Shown here: piece after piece, positions 32,802 to 44,000 of the stretch | How the letters are laid out: the number at the start of each line of letters is the position of its first letter | How positions within the stretch are numbered: the stretch's first letter is position 1 | Assembly (NCBI GenBank): GCA_013416795.1 | Contig: RQSC01000002.1 | Span: 224,603 to 288,602 of the forward strand | Direction: 5' to 3' | Origin: Prasinococcaceae sp. CCMP 1430 | Lineage: Eukaryota > Plantae > Prasinodermophyta | DNA length: 64,000 nt | Made by a program: the position numbers and the translations under genes | Notes under the pieces: generated by a model | What the model saw: the letters and a program-made list of their open reading frames with translations, nothing else | What the model was told of the DNA's origin: nothing | Databases searched by the model: none

Positions 32802-35261
32802 ATGGCGTTCAACCTGACGCCCGGCGGCTGCGATGAGCTCGCATCGGGCAACACCAACGCGCACCCGACGGTGCAGATCGTCCTCATCAAGCGCATGGCG
32901 AGCCAGACGGCGCAGGGCCAGCAGGAGCGCTACCGCTTCTCGCTCTCGGACGGCGCGCGCACGCAGCACGCGATGCTGGCGACGCAGATGAACCACATGG
33001 TCGCGGACGGCACGCTCAACGTCAACACCGTCATCACGCTCGAGGAGTACCTGTGCAACGTGGTGCAGAACAAGCGCATCATAATTGTGCTCAAGATGCG
33101 CGTCGAAGGCAACCCGGGCCAGCTGATCGGCCAGCCGACGGACGAGGACGGCAAGCCCGTCACGCCCGAGGGCATCAACATGGGCGGCGCGCCGCCCCAG
33201 CAGCAGCAGATGCAGCAGCAGAACAACAACAACTGCTGGGGCGCGCCGAACGGCGGCGGGCAGCCGCAGAAGGCGGGCAACCAGTGGGGCGCGCCGCAGC
33301 AGGCCCCGCCCCCGCAGCAGCAGCAGCAGGGCTACGGCCAGCCGCCCGCGCAGCAGTGGGGCAACAGCAGCAACAACCACGGCGGACCTCCACACGGCGC
33401 CAACCAGTGGGGCGGCAACGGCAACGCCGTCAATGGCGGCGGCCAGCAGTGGGGCGGCGCCGCCAACGGCGGCGGCGGGCCCCCGCAGGCTGGCGGCCCG
33501 CGCTTCGGCGGCGGCGCGCCTGGCTACAACGACGGAGGGCGTGGCGGGCACAGCGCCGTGCAGCGCAACGACACTGCCCACATCATTCCGATCTCCCAGC
33601 TCAACCCCTACCAAAACCGCTGGACCATCAAGGGCCGCGTGACGTCGCGCGGCGACATCCGCACCTTCCACCGCGCCTCCGGGCCGGGCCGCGTGACGTC
33701 GTGCGACCTGCTCGACGCGCACGGCGGTGAGATCCGCGTGACCATGTTCAACGACGCCATCGACCGCCACTATGAGACGCTGAAGGAGAATGCCGTCGTC
33801 ATCGTCTCCAAGGGCCAGGTCAAGAGCGCCAAGCGCCAGTTCTCCAACCTCGACAACGACCACGAGATCACGCTCGAGACCTCGTCGATCGTCGAGGCGT
33901 GCAACGATGATGGCTCCATCAAGGCGGTCAAGATCAACGCGCGTCCCATCGCCAGCCTGTCGCAGTGCGCGAAGGGCGACATCGTCGACGTGATGGGCGT
34001 CCTCGACTCCGTCGACCCCATGGGCACCATCATTCGCCGCGAGTCGGGCCAGGAGGTGCAGAAGCAGCCGGTGAAGATCCGCGACCAGTCCAACGCGGTA
34101 GTCGAGGTGACCATGTGGGGCGGCTTCGTGCAGAAGTACGCCCAGAACCTCGAGGCGGCCTACCAGCAGGGGCGCCACCCGGTGATTGCGGTGAAGGGCG
34201 CTCGCGTCGGCGACTTCAACGGCATCACGCTCGGCACGCTGGGTTCGACCAGCATCACCATCGACCCCGAAGTGCCGGAGACCTCGTCGCTGCGCACCTG
34301 GTGGGACAGCGGCGCGGCGACCCAGGCCGCCCCGGTCAACCTTAGCGGGGGCGGCGGCGGCCTGGGCGGCGGCAGCGACCGCCGCGTGCGCCTGTACCAG
34401 GTCAAGAGCGAGCACATGGGTTCCGAGGGCAAGGCTGAGTGGGTGGAGACCATGGCAACCGTGCAGTTCGTCAAGCAGGAGCGCATCTGCTACCCATCGC
34501 ACCCTGAGACCAAGAAGAAGCTCACCCGTCACGACGAGAACAGCCCGTGGACGGACGAATCGACCGGGAACACGGTGGACAAGCCAGTGTACCGCTACCT
34601 GATGTCCATCCAGCTTATCGACCACACCGGCCAGCAGTGGGTGAGCTGCTTCGACGACGCGGGCGTCTCGCTGATGGGGTGCTCCGCGGACGAGATGATG
34701 GAGCTGCAGGACACGGACGAGAACAGCTACAGCGGGCGCATCAACGCTGTCACCTTCTCCCATGGCCTCTTCAAGCTCAAGGTCGCGAACGACGACTGGC
34801 AGGGCGAGGTCCGCCAAAAGGTGGTCATCCAGCGCTACACCAAGGTTGACTACGCAGCTGAGGCATCCAAGCTCGCCGACCTCATCAAGCGGCTCAAGGC
34901 GGGCGAAAACATCGACGAGAGGCCACCGCCCAAGCAGTCCGCGCAGCCCGCCACCGGCGCTGGCGGATGGGGTGGCGGCGCCGCGCAAGGCGGCGGCGGC
35001 CAACAGCGCGGAGGCTACGGCAACCAGGGCAACAACCATTCCGGATGGGGTGGCGGCGGCGGGGGCGGCGGCGGTGGATGGGGCAATGGCAACAGCAACG
35101 CTGGTCAGCAGGGTGGTGCCTGGGGCGGCGGCGGCGGTGGGAGCGGATGGGGCTCAAACAACCACGGAGGCGCTCCCAACCAGAACGGCGGGGGAGGGTG
35201 GGGTGGCAACCACCAGCCCGCGCCCGCATGGGGCGGGGGCGGGGGCGGGGGCGGCTGGTAG
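32802..35261 (+). CDS. RPA1: Replication protein A 70 kDa subunit with WG/GW-rich low-complexity linker and tail
   Basis: DBD-F ERYRFSLSDG...AMLATQMN; DBD-A PISQLNPYQNRWTIKGRVTSRGDIR; DBD-B VDVMGV...VKGARVGDFNG; DBD-C YRYLMSIQLIDHTGQQWVSCFDD. Confidence 0.97.
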   Translation: MAFNLTPGGCDELASGNTNAHPTVQIVLIKRMASQTAQGQQERYRFSLSDGARTQHAMLATQMNHMVADGTLNVNTVITLEEYLCNVVQNKRIIIVLKMRVEGNPGQLIGQPTDEDGKPVTPEGINMGGAPPQQQQMQQQNNNNCWGAPNGGGQPQKAGNQWGAPQQAPPPQQQQQGYGQPPAQQWGNSSNNHGGPPHGANQWGGNGNAVNGGGQQWGGAANGGGGPPQAGGPRFGGGAPGYNDGGRGGHSAVQRNDTAHIIPISQLNPYQNRWTIKGRVTSRGDIRTFHRASGPGRVTSCDLLDAHGGEIRVTMFNDAIDRHYETLKENAVVIVSKGQVKSAKRQFSNLDNDHEITLETSSIVEACNDDGSIKAVKINARPIASLSQCAKGDIVDVMGVLDSVDPMGTIIRRESGQEVQKQPVKIRDQSNAVVEVTMWGGFVQKYAQNLEAAYQQGRHPVIAVKGARVGDFNGITLGTLGSTSITIDPEVPETSSLRTWWDSGAATQAAPVNLSGGGGGLGGGSDRRVRLYQVKSEHMGSEGKAEWVETMATVQFVKQERICYPSHPETKKKLTRHDENSPWTDESTGNTVDKPVYRYLMSIQLIDHTGQQWVSCFDDAGVSLMGCSADEMMELQDTDENSYSGRINAVTFSHGLFKLKVANDDWQGEVRQKVVIQRYTKVDYAAEASKLADLIKRLKAGENIDERPPPKQSAQPATGAGGWGGGAAQGGGGQQRGGYGNQGNNHSGWGGGGGGGGGGWGNGNSNAGQQGGAWGGGGGGSGWGSNNHGGAPNQNGGGGWGGNHQPAPAWGGGGGGGGW

Positions 35262-35469
35262 GGTACTCGCTCGCACTCGAATGGCAGGAACGAGAGATGA
35301 TGCCGCCCGCCCGTCGGCGGAGACGTGCTGAGATGAGCGAGCCGAGCGAGGGTCGTACTCGCTGCTGATGAATTTGTGCCGAGCGTGCGTGGTCTCGAAC
35401 TATCTCCCGTCCAAAGTCCTACCGTAAGCACTACAAGAGTTTAGTTTACAGAGCCATGCCCGTACGTCG

Positions 35470-37306
35470 TCACCGCTTGCGCCTGCCCCGCGCCCACGGA
35501 GGTGTTCCCGCACCCTGTGTCGGTGGCATGTCCCGCGAGGTCGGCGCCGCCTCGCGCTGTGACCGAGGCAGGGGCACCCGCCGTGGCGACTGGGATTGCT
35601 GCGCACGCCGCGTTGGTGCCATCGTGGCCGCCGACGTCGGCGCAGGGCCGCTCGGCTTGTCCGCGAGCGGTCGCCGAAGCGAGCTTCCATTTCCTCGCCG
35701 CTCCCATTGCTCCTTCCACACGTCCTGCCAGGGGCGCTGCGACTGTTGTTCCAGCTGCTGCGGCCGAGTGCGAGCCTCCGAGGCAGCTGCTGCCGTGCGG
35801 GGTTGACGAGGGGCTGGTGAATCCTTCTGCAGGAACGCTCGCTTCCACTTCTCTTTCCAGTCTTCCTGTCGATGCGAGGCGTGCTTCGCACCACGCGACT
35901 GCCGCTGCGCGTCAGCCAGTGCGCTCGCGCGCGCCTTTGCTGCGCGCGCCTCCGCACGCGCCTGCGCGAGCGCCCCAGCCTTGTTGCGCGCCTCCGCTCG
36001 TGCTCGCTCGATCACTTCAAATAGAGCGCGCGCGCCATGCTGCACCAGCACGTCGTTGGCGTCCTTGCACCCCTCCGGCCAGCGAGCGCGAACAACCACG
36101 CGCCCGCCGAGCCGCCGCTCAAGCTCTCGCGCGAGTGCGTCTCCTGGCACGTCCGCGTCCGTCGCCAGCACGAAGTGTTTGCGTGGGTTGGCGCACAGCT
36201 CACGTGCGCAGTTCCAAAGATACGAGTACTTGCGGTCGCGGTCGGGCGCGGGCACGGGGCGCTCGGACACTTTGGGGGGCGCTCCGTCTGGCACGCTCAC
36301 GGCGCCCTGCCCGGCGCGAGAGCGCACGTCAGCGCGCGCGCGCGGCTCGTACGACGCTGAGGCGAGCGCATTCGCAGGTACGTCCACGCGCGCGCACACG
36401 CACCTGTATTCCCGCCTCGACCATGCTGAGTCTGTCCACCTCACCCTCAACGATGACGATGGGCTCGGAGTCGTTCGCGAGGTCGAGGTCGTCCACGCCG
36501 TACAGCACCTTCTTTGCGCCCTTGCACTGCCAGAACGCCTTGCCAGGCCCGCGGTATTTCACGTTGACGAGTTCTCCACGATGGAAGTATGCGAAGGCGA
36601 TGGCGTCCGTGCGCGCGCCTGCTGGCGGCGACCACACGTCGCGCTGCATCCCCACGCGCGCGCGCGAGAGGGTGGCGTCCGAGATGCCGCGTTTGCGAAA
36701 GAACGCGAGGACGCGTTCGTTGGGCGCGCACAAAGCCACGCTCGGCGGCGTGTAGGGCGCCTCCACGCACGCCGCCGCCGCCTCGGCGAACGGCATTGGC
36801 GGCGCAGGTGCTGCGGCCTTCGCGGCGGGCGCCTTCGCCTCCGCCTTCGCCTCGAGCCCCCCGCCCCCGCTTCTGTCGCCAGCGAGACCCGGGGAGTCGC
36901 CTCCGCTGGCGCTACCGATGGTGCCCTCGAGACCACAAGTCCCCCGGAAGCAGCGGTACGCGGCGTGAGACCGCCCTAGGATGATCGAAAACGAGCGCTC
37001 GGCTTCGCTACCGCCGCCGCACGCCGGGCACATCGTGCGGTGCCACTCACCCGCGGTCGCGCGCTGCCGGGCGCTCAGCGTGACGCCCATCGCGGCGAGC
37101 TTGGCGAGCACCTCCTCGCTGGGCGCGTCGCCGCTCGCGCTGTCACCGCCCGCGTCGGCCGCGCCGGCCGCTCCGGTACCTGAGGCGAATCCCCTCACCG
37201 GAGGCGCGCCCCCGCGTGCAGACCGCGCACGCGGCCAGCGCCTCGTGCCCGCTGCGGGCGCGCGCGCCCCCCGGCGCGGCGCGGCGGCCGCAGCCGCTGC
37301 AGCCAT
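35470..37306 (-). CDS. Organellar Twinkle-family primase (zinc-binding domain + TOPRIM) without helicase domain; intron 36307-36403
   Basis: CPACGGG...YRCFRGTCG zinc domain; LVNVKYR, IVEGEVDRLS, SVPDGAP, LATDADVPG, CKDANDVL. Then a short low-complexity tail, stop and TGTAA signal; no Walker A. Confidence 0.88.
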
Positions 37307-37308
37307 GG

Positions 37309-37945
37309 NNNNNNNNNNNNNNNNNNNNNNNNNNNNNNNNNNNNNNNNNNNNNNNNNNNNNNNNNNNNNNNNNNNNNNNNNNNNNNNNNNNNNNNNNNNN
37401 NNNNNNNNNNNNNNNNNNNNNNNNNNNNNNNNNNNNNNNNNNNNNNNNNNNNNNNNNNNNNNNNNNNNNNNNNNNNNNNNNNNNNNNNNNNNNNNNNNNN
37501 NNNNNNNNNNNNNNNNNNNNNNNNNNNNNNNNNNNNNNNNNNNNNNNNNNNNNNNNNNNNNNNNNNNNNNNNNNNNNNNNNNNNNNNNNNNNNNNNNNNN
37601 NNNNNNNNNNNNNNNNNNNNNNNNNNNNNNNNNNNNNNNNNNNNNNNNNNNNNNNNNNNNNNNNNNNNNNNNNNNNNNNNNNNNNNNNNNNNNNNNNNNN
37701 NNNNNNNNNNNNNNNNNNNNNNNNNNNNNNNNNNNNNNNNNNNNNNNNNNNNNNNNNNNNNNNNNNNNNNNNNNNNNNNNNNNNNNNNNNNNNNNNNNNN
37801 NNNNNNNNNNNNNNNNNNNNNNNNNNNNNNNNNNNNNNNNNNNNNNNNNNNNNNNNNNNNNNNNNNNNNNNNNNNNNNNNNNNNNNNNNNNNNNNNNNNN
37901 NNNNNNNNNNNNNNNNNNNNNNNNNNNNNNNNNNNNNNNNNNNNN
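37309..37945. other. Assembly gap (N run)
   Basis: Read directly. Confidence 1.
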
Positions 37946-38986
37946 CGCGGGGACGGGGGCGGGCGCGCGGCGGCCGCGGCGGCCTCGGCGGCGGCGAGTG
38001 CCGACCTCACGGTGCGCGACGCGCTCAATTCGGCGATCGCGGAGGAGATGGAGCGCGACCAGAACGTGTTCGTGCTTGGAGAGGAGGTCGGGGCGTACCA
38101 CGGCGCGTACAAGATCACCAAGGGCCTAATCGACCGCTTCGGCGAGGACCGCGTGCGAGACACGCCCATCACCGAGGCGGGCTTCACCGGCATCAGCGTG
38201 GGCGCGGCCATGCACGGCCTGCGGCCCGTGGTCGAGTTCATGACGTGGAACTTCGCCATGCAGGCCATCGACCACATCGTCAACAGCGCGGCCAAGATCA
38301 ACTACATGAGCGCCGGCGAGATCACCGCGCCGATGGTCTTCCGCGGGCCCAACGGCGCCGCGGCGGGCGTCGGCGCGCAGCACTCGCAATGCTTCGCCGC
38401 GTGGTACATGAGCGTGCCGGGGCTCAAGGTGATGGCGCCGTACTCGGCCGAGGATGCGCGCGGCCTGCTCAAGGCGGCCATCCGCGACCCCAACCCGGTG
38501 GTGTTCCTCGAAAACGAGATGCTGTACGGAGAGAGCTTCCCCGTGTCCGCCGAAGTGCTGTCTGAGGATTTCGTGCTCCCTATCGGCCAGGCCAAGGTTG
38601 AGCGCGCGGGCACCGACGTCACGCTGGTGTCGTTCTCCAAAATGGTGGGCTCGTGCCTCAAAGCAGCGGAGGCGCTCGCCGCGGAGGGCATCAGTGCTGA
38701 GGTTCTCAACCTGCGCACGCTGAGACCGCTCGACCGCGCGTCGATTGCGGCGAGCGTGCGCAAGACGGGCCGCCTGGTGAGTGTAGAGGAGGGCTGGCCG
38801 CACTGCGGCGTGGGCTCGGAGATCGTGTCAGTGGCTGTGGAGGAGACCTTCGACTACCTTGATGCGCCGCCCGAGCGCATCACTGGCGTGGACGTGCCCA
38901 TGCCCTACGCCGAGAACCTTGAGCGCGCTGCGCTGCCGGGCGTCGCCGACATTATCGCGGCCGCCAAGAGGCAAATGGGGCAGTAA
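37946..38986 (+). CDS. PDHB: Mitochondrial pyruvate dehydrogenase E1 beta subunit, 5'-partial
   Basis: [64 protein letters not shown]. Confidence 0.97.
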   Translation, partial: RGDGGGRAAAAAASAAASADLTVRDALNSAIAEEMERDQNVFVLGEEVGAYHGAYKITKGLIDRFGEDRVRDTPITEAGFTGISVGAAMHGLRPVVEFMTWNFAMQAIDHIVNSAAKINYMSAGEITAPMVFRGPNGAAAGVGAQHSQCFAAWYMSVPGLKVMAPYSAEDARGLLKAAIRDPNPVVFLENEMLYGESFPVSAEVLSEDFVLPIGQAKVERAGTDVTLVSFSKMVGSCLKAAEALAAEGISAEVLNLRTLRPLDRASIAASVRKTGRLVSVEEGWPHCGVGSEIVSVAVEETFDYLDAPPERITGVDVPMPYAENLERAALPGVADIIAAAKRQMGQ

Positions 38987-39378
38987 GCGCATCCAGCGCG
39001 CCGCGCCGAGTCTGCTAGATGGTCGATTGCGCGATTAAATTCTTTATTGGTCAGAAAAGCTTCGAGCAGCCAGCGCGGGCTGCTGCCACGTGCGCCCGCA
39101 CCGCATCTGGCGGGCAGGCGAGAGGGGCGCCCCCGCCTCTCGCGCGTGCCCGCCCCCTCCAGTGACGGGAGGTGCGGCGTGTGAGCGCCGGTTGGCCGCG
39201 GTGCCATGCAGCAGGCACCGCCAGCTCGCCGGACCGTGCGCGGTCTTCGCGACGCCCGCCGTCTGGCAGCTCGCTGTCGCGTGCTCGGTGCGTGGCGCGT
39301 CTCGGCTAATTCGCCGCTGGTGAGGCCCACGCGCGTGGTGACACACTATATAATTTATTGTGCTCTGTTCTGCGAAGC

Positions 39379-39423
39379 TTAGCGGCCCGACTTGCCCTCC
39401 TTCCGCTCGATGACCTCGTCCAC

Positions 39424-39462
<39 letters not shown>

Positions 39463-39897
39463 CTTCGAACGGCACACCGCCGCGAAGTTGCCCACGACCT
39501 CCTTGTCCGCGCCGCTGATGGTCACCTTCGTGTTGCCCTCAACCGCGGCAGTCACACCCTCAGGGGGCTCCATGCGCACCGGGTGCGAGTAGCCAAGGTT
39601 CATCACAAGCGTGCGGCCCTCGACGCTCGCACGGTAGCCCACACCCACCAGCTCCAGCTCCTTCTTCCAGCCCTCGGACACGCCCACAACCATGTTGTTC
39701 GCGAGCGTGCGGCACAGCCCGTGCTGCGACCTGGCCTTGCGCGAGTCGTCAGCGCGCTTCACGATGATGTTGTCCTCCTCCTGCGACAGCACGACGCCAT
39801 CGGGGAACTCGCGCGTGAGCGTCGCCGTCTTGCCCTTGACGGTGAGCGTGCTGCCGCTGAGCGTCACGTCCACGCCCTTGGGGACGGCCACGGGGAC
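39379..39897 (-). CDS. rpl6: Plastid ribosomal protein uL6, last exon (transit peptide/SRIGK exon not found)
   Basis: HGLCRTLANNMVVGVS, LELVGVGYRA, LGYSHPV, RPPEPYKGKGVKY. CAG acceptor at 39900-39898. Confidence 0.93.
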
Positions 39898-40557
39898 CTG
39901 CGGGCGCGGGCGGTGTGCGTATGCAACAGCGTGCGCATTCGGCGCGTCAGCCACACGCGCGCGAGGAACCAGTGAGTCGGTCAGGGTGCGCACCGCCGAA
40001 GGGAGGCAGAGGCGCGACGCCGCTGCTGCCTCGGCCGCGGCTGCCACTGCCACAGGCACACAGCACGCGCGCATTCCCGCGGCGGAGGATGCGCCAAGCG
40101 TTTGGTGCACAGCAAAGATGCAACGGTGACACGGCGGGGAGGGGCGGGGAGGCGGCGCGGGGTGCACCAACCGGCGCGCATCCCCCACGGGCCCGCACGA
40201 GGGCCGCGCATCCGCTCCCCCCGGACACTCTCCCAAAGCCCTAAGCCCTAACCAAAAAAAAAAAAACTACGCTCGAGGGGGCTCGACGCCGCCTCCTTAC
40301 CCACCGAGCTCGTATGCACGAGTGGGCGGGGCGGGGCGAGAGGGCACGGGGCAGCGTCGCTCGAGGCCTCCCAACCTGCCGCGCTCGCAGCGCCGCCCTG
40401 CCTGCGACGGGTCCCCCAAAACCGGCCACCGCATCCGCCGACTCGTGCCTGCCCTCGCTCTGGCACGCGATCGCCAGCTCGGTGAACTCGAGGAACGTGC
40501 GCGCGAGCGCCGCGGGCGAGACCACATCGGTGAGCACCAGCACCGACCACAAGCGGC

Positions 40558-40558
40558 N

Positions 40559-40610
<52 letters not shown>
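40558..40610. repeat. N followed by a poly-A run; likely assembly junction
   Basis: Read directly; adjacent sequence looks low quality. Confidence 0.7.
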
Positions 40611-40613
<3 letters not shown>

Positions 40614-41128
40614 AGCTGGCCCGCCTGCCGGCCGGGGGATGGGTAGCGGACCAATGTACGATGGTGAGCCCGGACGAGCAAGCGCGCAAAAAAAAAAAGA
40701 AAACGAGCGCGCGCCCGTTTTCACCGACGAAAAGATGGTCGGAGGCGGCGCCGCCGCTCGCGATGGGGCCCCTCGCGTTCTTCCTGTCTCGGATCAAAAC
40801 GCCGGGATGAGATGGAGGTGGGATCGATCCAATGGGGAGGGTCGGCAGAAAAGGCAGCGGAGCCGCAAAGGACGTCATTGACAGGACGGTGTAGGAACGA
40901 CGATGGGGTGAAAGGGTTGAGGTTATGTGTTTAGGGGATAATAGTAGGGTTACATTCAACCGCCGCCCAAGCGTGCGATTTGATGGCTCTGCTCGCGAGA
41001 CCCCACCGCGGGCGCCACGTAGGCGCGCGCGCGCCCGCGCGGCGAGACCGGGTGCCACAGCGCGCGCGCGGCGTGTGCAGGGGGTGTTGACGGCCTCTGG
41101 CGCGGGAGCGCGCGCGCGCCAGGGGGGG

Positions 41129-41168
<40 letters not shown>

Positions 41169-41220
41169 GGGAAGCGGAGGGAAGGAACGGACGCCTCCGA
41201 CCGACCGCGCTTCGCTGCAG

Positions 41221-42367
41221 GCTCTTTTCCTCGCAGCCCGAGCGGCGGGCGGCGGCTCCGGCGCGCGCGGCGGCGCGGCCGACGGCGCTTGAGGAGGCGG
41301 CGCGCGAGGCGCTCGCGGCGCTCGGTGGCTCAGTCTCGTCGGCGTTCGTGATGTATCCGCTCGACCTGCTCAAGACGCGCATGCAGGCGGGCCTACCCGG
41401 GCAGAACACTCTGTGGCGGGCAGGACGGGCGATAGTCAAGGAGGACGGCCTCGGGGGGCTCTACCGTGGGCTCCGCACCGACCTGCTCAAGTGCGGCGTG
41501 GTCAACTTCGTGTACTTTTTCGCGTACGTGCACCTCAAGCGCGCGCTCAAGGCGCGGCGCAACGCGCAGCAGGAGATCGGTGCGGGCGACGAGCCGCAAA
41601 CGCCAGGCAAGGGCGACTCGCAGGCGGCGCGTTCCGCCGCGGCGAAGGGATCCGACGTCGCGCTCGGCCTCGCCGCGGGCGTCGTGGCGGGAATCGTCTC
41701 CCAGCTGTTTTCAAACCCCATCAACGTCACACTGACGTACATTCAGACCACCGATCAGAAGACCCGCGGCTTCGCGTCGACACTCGCGCGTATCATACGC
41801 GCCGAGGGCCCCGGGGCGCTCTATCGCGGCCTTGGCGTGGGGTGCATCCTCACGCTGAACCCGGCCATCCAGTACTGGGTGTACGACCACCTGCTCGACT
41901 GGGTCAGGAGGGTCGCGGAGCGGAAGGGGGACACGCAGGAGTATCTCGAGGGTGGCGCGACCGCGACGTCGCCCGCCGGTGGGCTTGCGACGCCCAACGG
42001 GTCGGTACGGCCGAAGGGCCCGCCCAAGGCGCGCAACCTGCCTGCCGGCCAGGTCTTCGGCATTAGCTCGGTCGCCAAGCTCGTCGCCACGCTGCTCACG
42101 TACCCGCTCATCCTGTCCAAGACGCGCATGCAGGCGGAGGGTGGCGGTGCGCAGCGCTCGCTCATTGGCGTGCTGGCGAAGGTGTTCAAGGAGGAGGGCC
42201 TGGAAGGTCTGTTCACTGGTTTCAACGTGCAGGCGACCAAGTCAATCCTGGGCGCCGCCCTCATGATGGTGGTGAAAGAGCACATAGATGACGCGGCCAA
42301 GGACCTGGCGGACAGTCTGTCCAAGGGCGGTGTGCACCCGGTCGATCCCAAGCACAAGCGACCTTAG
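41221..42367 (+). CDS. Mitochondrial-carrier-family protein, peroxisomal nucleotide carrier type (PNC/ANT1/SLC25A17-like); 5' end uncertain
   Basis: Three carrier repeats YPLDLLKTRMQ / NPINVTLTYIQT / YPLILSKTRMQ; LNPAIQY typical of peroxisomal carriers. Confidence 0.85.
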
Positions 42368-42660
42368 AGGGCCGTGCGCCGGTCGGTACGAGGGCCATCG
42401 CGATTGCGCCATCTTCCGCACCGGCAGGTGAACACTCACTCAGCACTCAAAGCGCACAGGTGCCACGGGCACGGGCCCGCCACAATGCTCAAAGAAACAA
42501 TGCGTTTATACCTCAATGCGCTCACCGCCGTTGCGCTGCGCGTCGGCCGGCGAGCAGTGCAGTGCAGTGCAGTGCAGCGCGTGAGCGTGCGTGCCGTACA
42601 CACGAGTGTTTTCCCTTCCGCGCGCGCTGACCAGGTGTGCCATGCGCACAGCTGCACAGC

Positions 42661-44000
42661 TCACAGTAGCCCGGTGGCATGAAGCACGCCCTCGTCGGTG
42701 ATCGCCTCGACCACTAGGAGCATCAGGAAGAAGACCATCGCGACACGTCCGTTCCAAATCTCGGCGGACTTGGTCCAGCCCCACTCCCACACCTCGACGG
42801 GCGGGGGCAGGACTTCGCGATCGCGGTCGTACGCGTCCAGCAAGTTCTGCACAGACGAATTAGGCAGGGACGCGCCCTCCGGCAGCATGGGCGACATGGT
42901 GCCCACGTAGGGCAGCGCCTCGAGCACCGCCGAAGCCATGTCCTCGATGAAGCCCTCCTCAAGTCCGAGCGCTGGCACGCGGCCCCACTCCTGCACGCCG
43001 CTCTCTAGCGCGAGCTCCCTGTACTCGATGTCGATCTCCTCGAGCGTCTCGATGTGCTCCGAGACGAAGGAGATGGGCACCGCCAGCAGGCGCTTGATGC
43101 CGGCAGCGCCGAGCCGCTCGATGCTCTCGTCTGTGTAGGGCTGCAACCACTCGACGGGCCCCACGCGCGACTGGTAGGCCAGCGTGTGCGCGTTGCTGTA
43201 ACCCCGCCGCCGCACCTCATCCATGATGAGCTCAACGCACTCCTCCATCTCGGCCTTGTACGGGTCGCCAGCGCTCTCGACGTAACTCTTCGGCACGCCG
43301 TGCGCGCTGAAGAATATGTGTACATCCCCCCGCCCCACCGCGTCCGCCTCGCCCGTGAAGCTGCCCCCCAGCATCTCGCGCTCCATCAGGTCGACCATGG
43401 AGCTCACGTAGCCCGGCCGCTGGTACCAGCTCGGGATGACCGTGTGTTGCAGCCGCTGGGAGAGATACTCGTCGCCGCGGAAGAGCTGCTCGATGAGCCG
43501 CAGCGACGAGCCGCTCGTCGAGATGGAGAACTGCGGGTACAGCGGCAGCACCACCAGCCGCTCAATGCCGTCCGCCTTGATCGCGCGAACCGCCTCCTCG
43601 GTGAAAGGGTTCCAGTAGCGCATCGCCACGTACACGCGTGCGCTCTGGCCGCGAGCGGCGAGCGAGCGCTCGATGGCCTCGGCCTGCTCCTCGGTGATGC
43701 GCCGCAGCGGGCTGCCGCCGCCGATCGAGCGGTAACCCTCCTGGGACTTGGGCGCGCGCACCGTCGACACGAACTGCGCCAGCGCCGGCTGCAGGAACTC
43801 CGCGCCGCGCGGTAGCCGAATGATATCAGGGTCGGCGAAGAGGTTGTACAGGAAGGGCTGCACGTCCTCGAGGCGATCGGGTCCGCCGAGGTTCAGCAGC
43901 AGCACGCCGACCTTGCCACCCCCCTGCGAGTCACCGCCGGCTTCCGCCGCGTGCTCGGGAGCGCGTTGGGCCTTGACCTGCTGCTGCTCGTCGAAGCCGG
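42661..44000 (-). CDS. hemH: Plastid ferrochelatase with C-terminal CAB domain (FC2 type), 5'-partial
   Basis: [75 protein letters not shown]; CAB tail [18 protein letters not shown]. Confidence 0.97.

Noticed and set aside
29963-40240. Missing 5' exons (CFIm25, orphan exon, L6) as evidence of trans-splicing
   Set aside because: Assembly collapse at GC-rich divergent promoters is simpler, since neighbouring pairs have explicit N gaps at the same positions
40400-40610. Poly-A tail as a retroposed element or processed pseudogene
   Set aside because: Directly abuts an N, has no target-site duplication or recognisable parent, and lies in low-quality sequence
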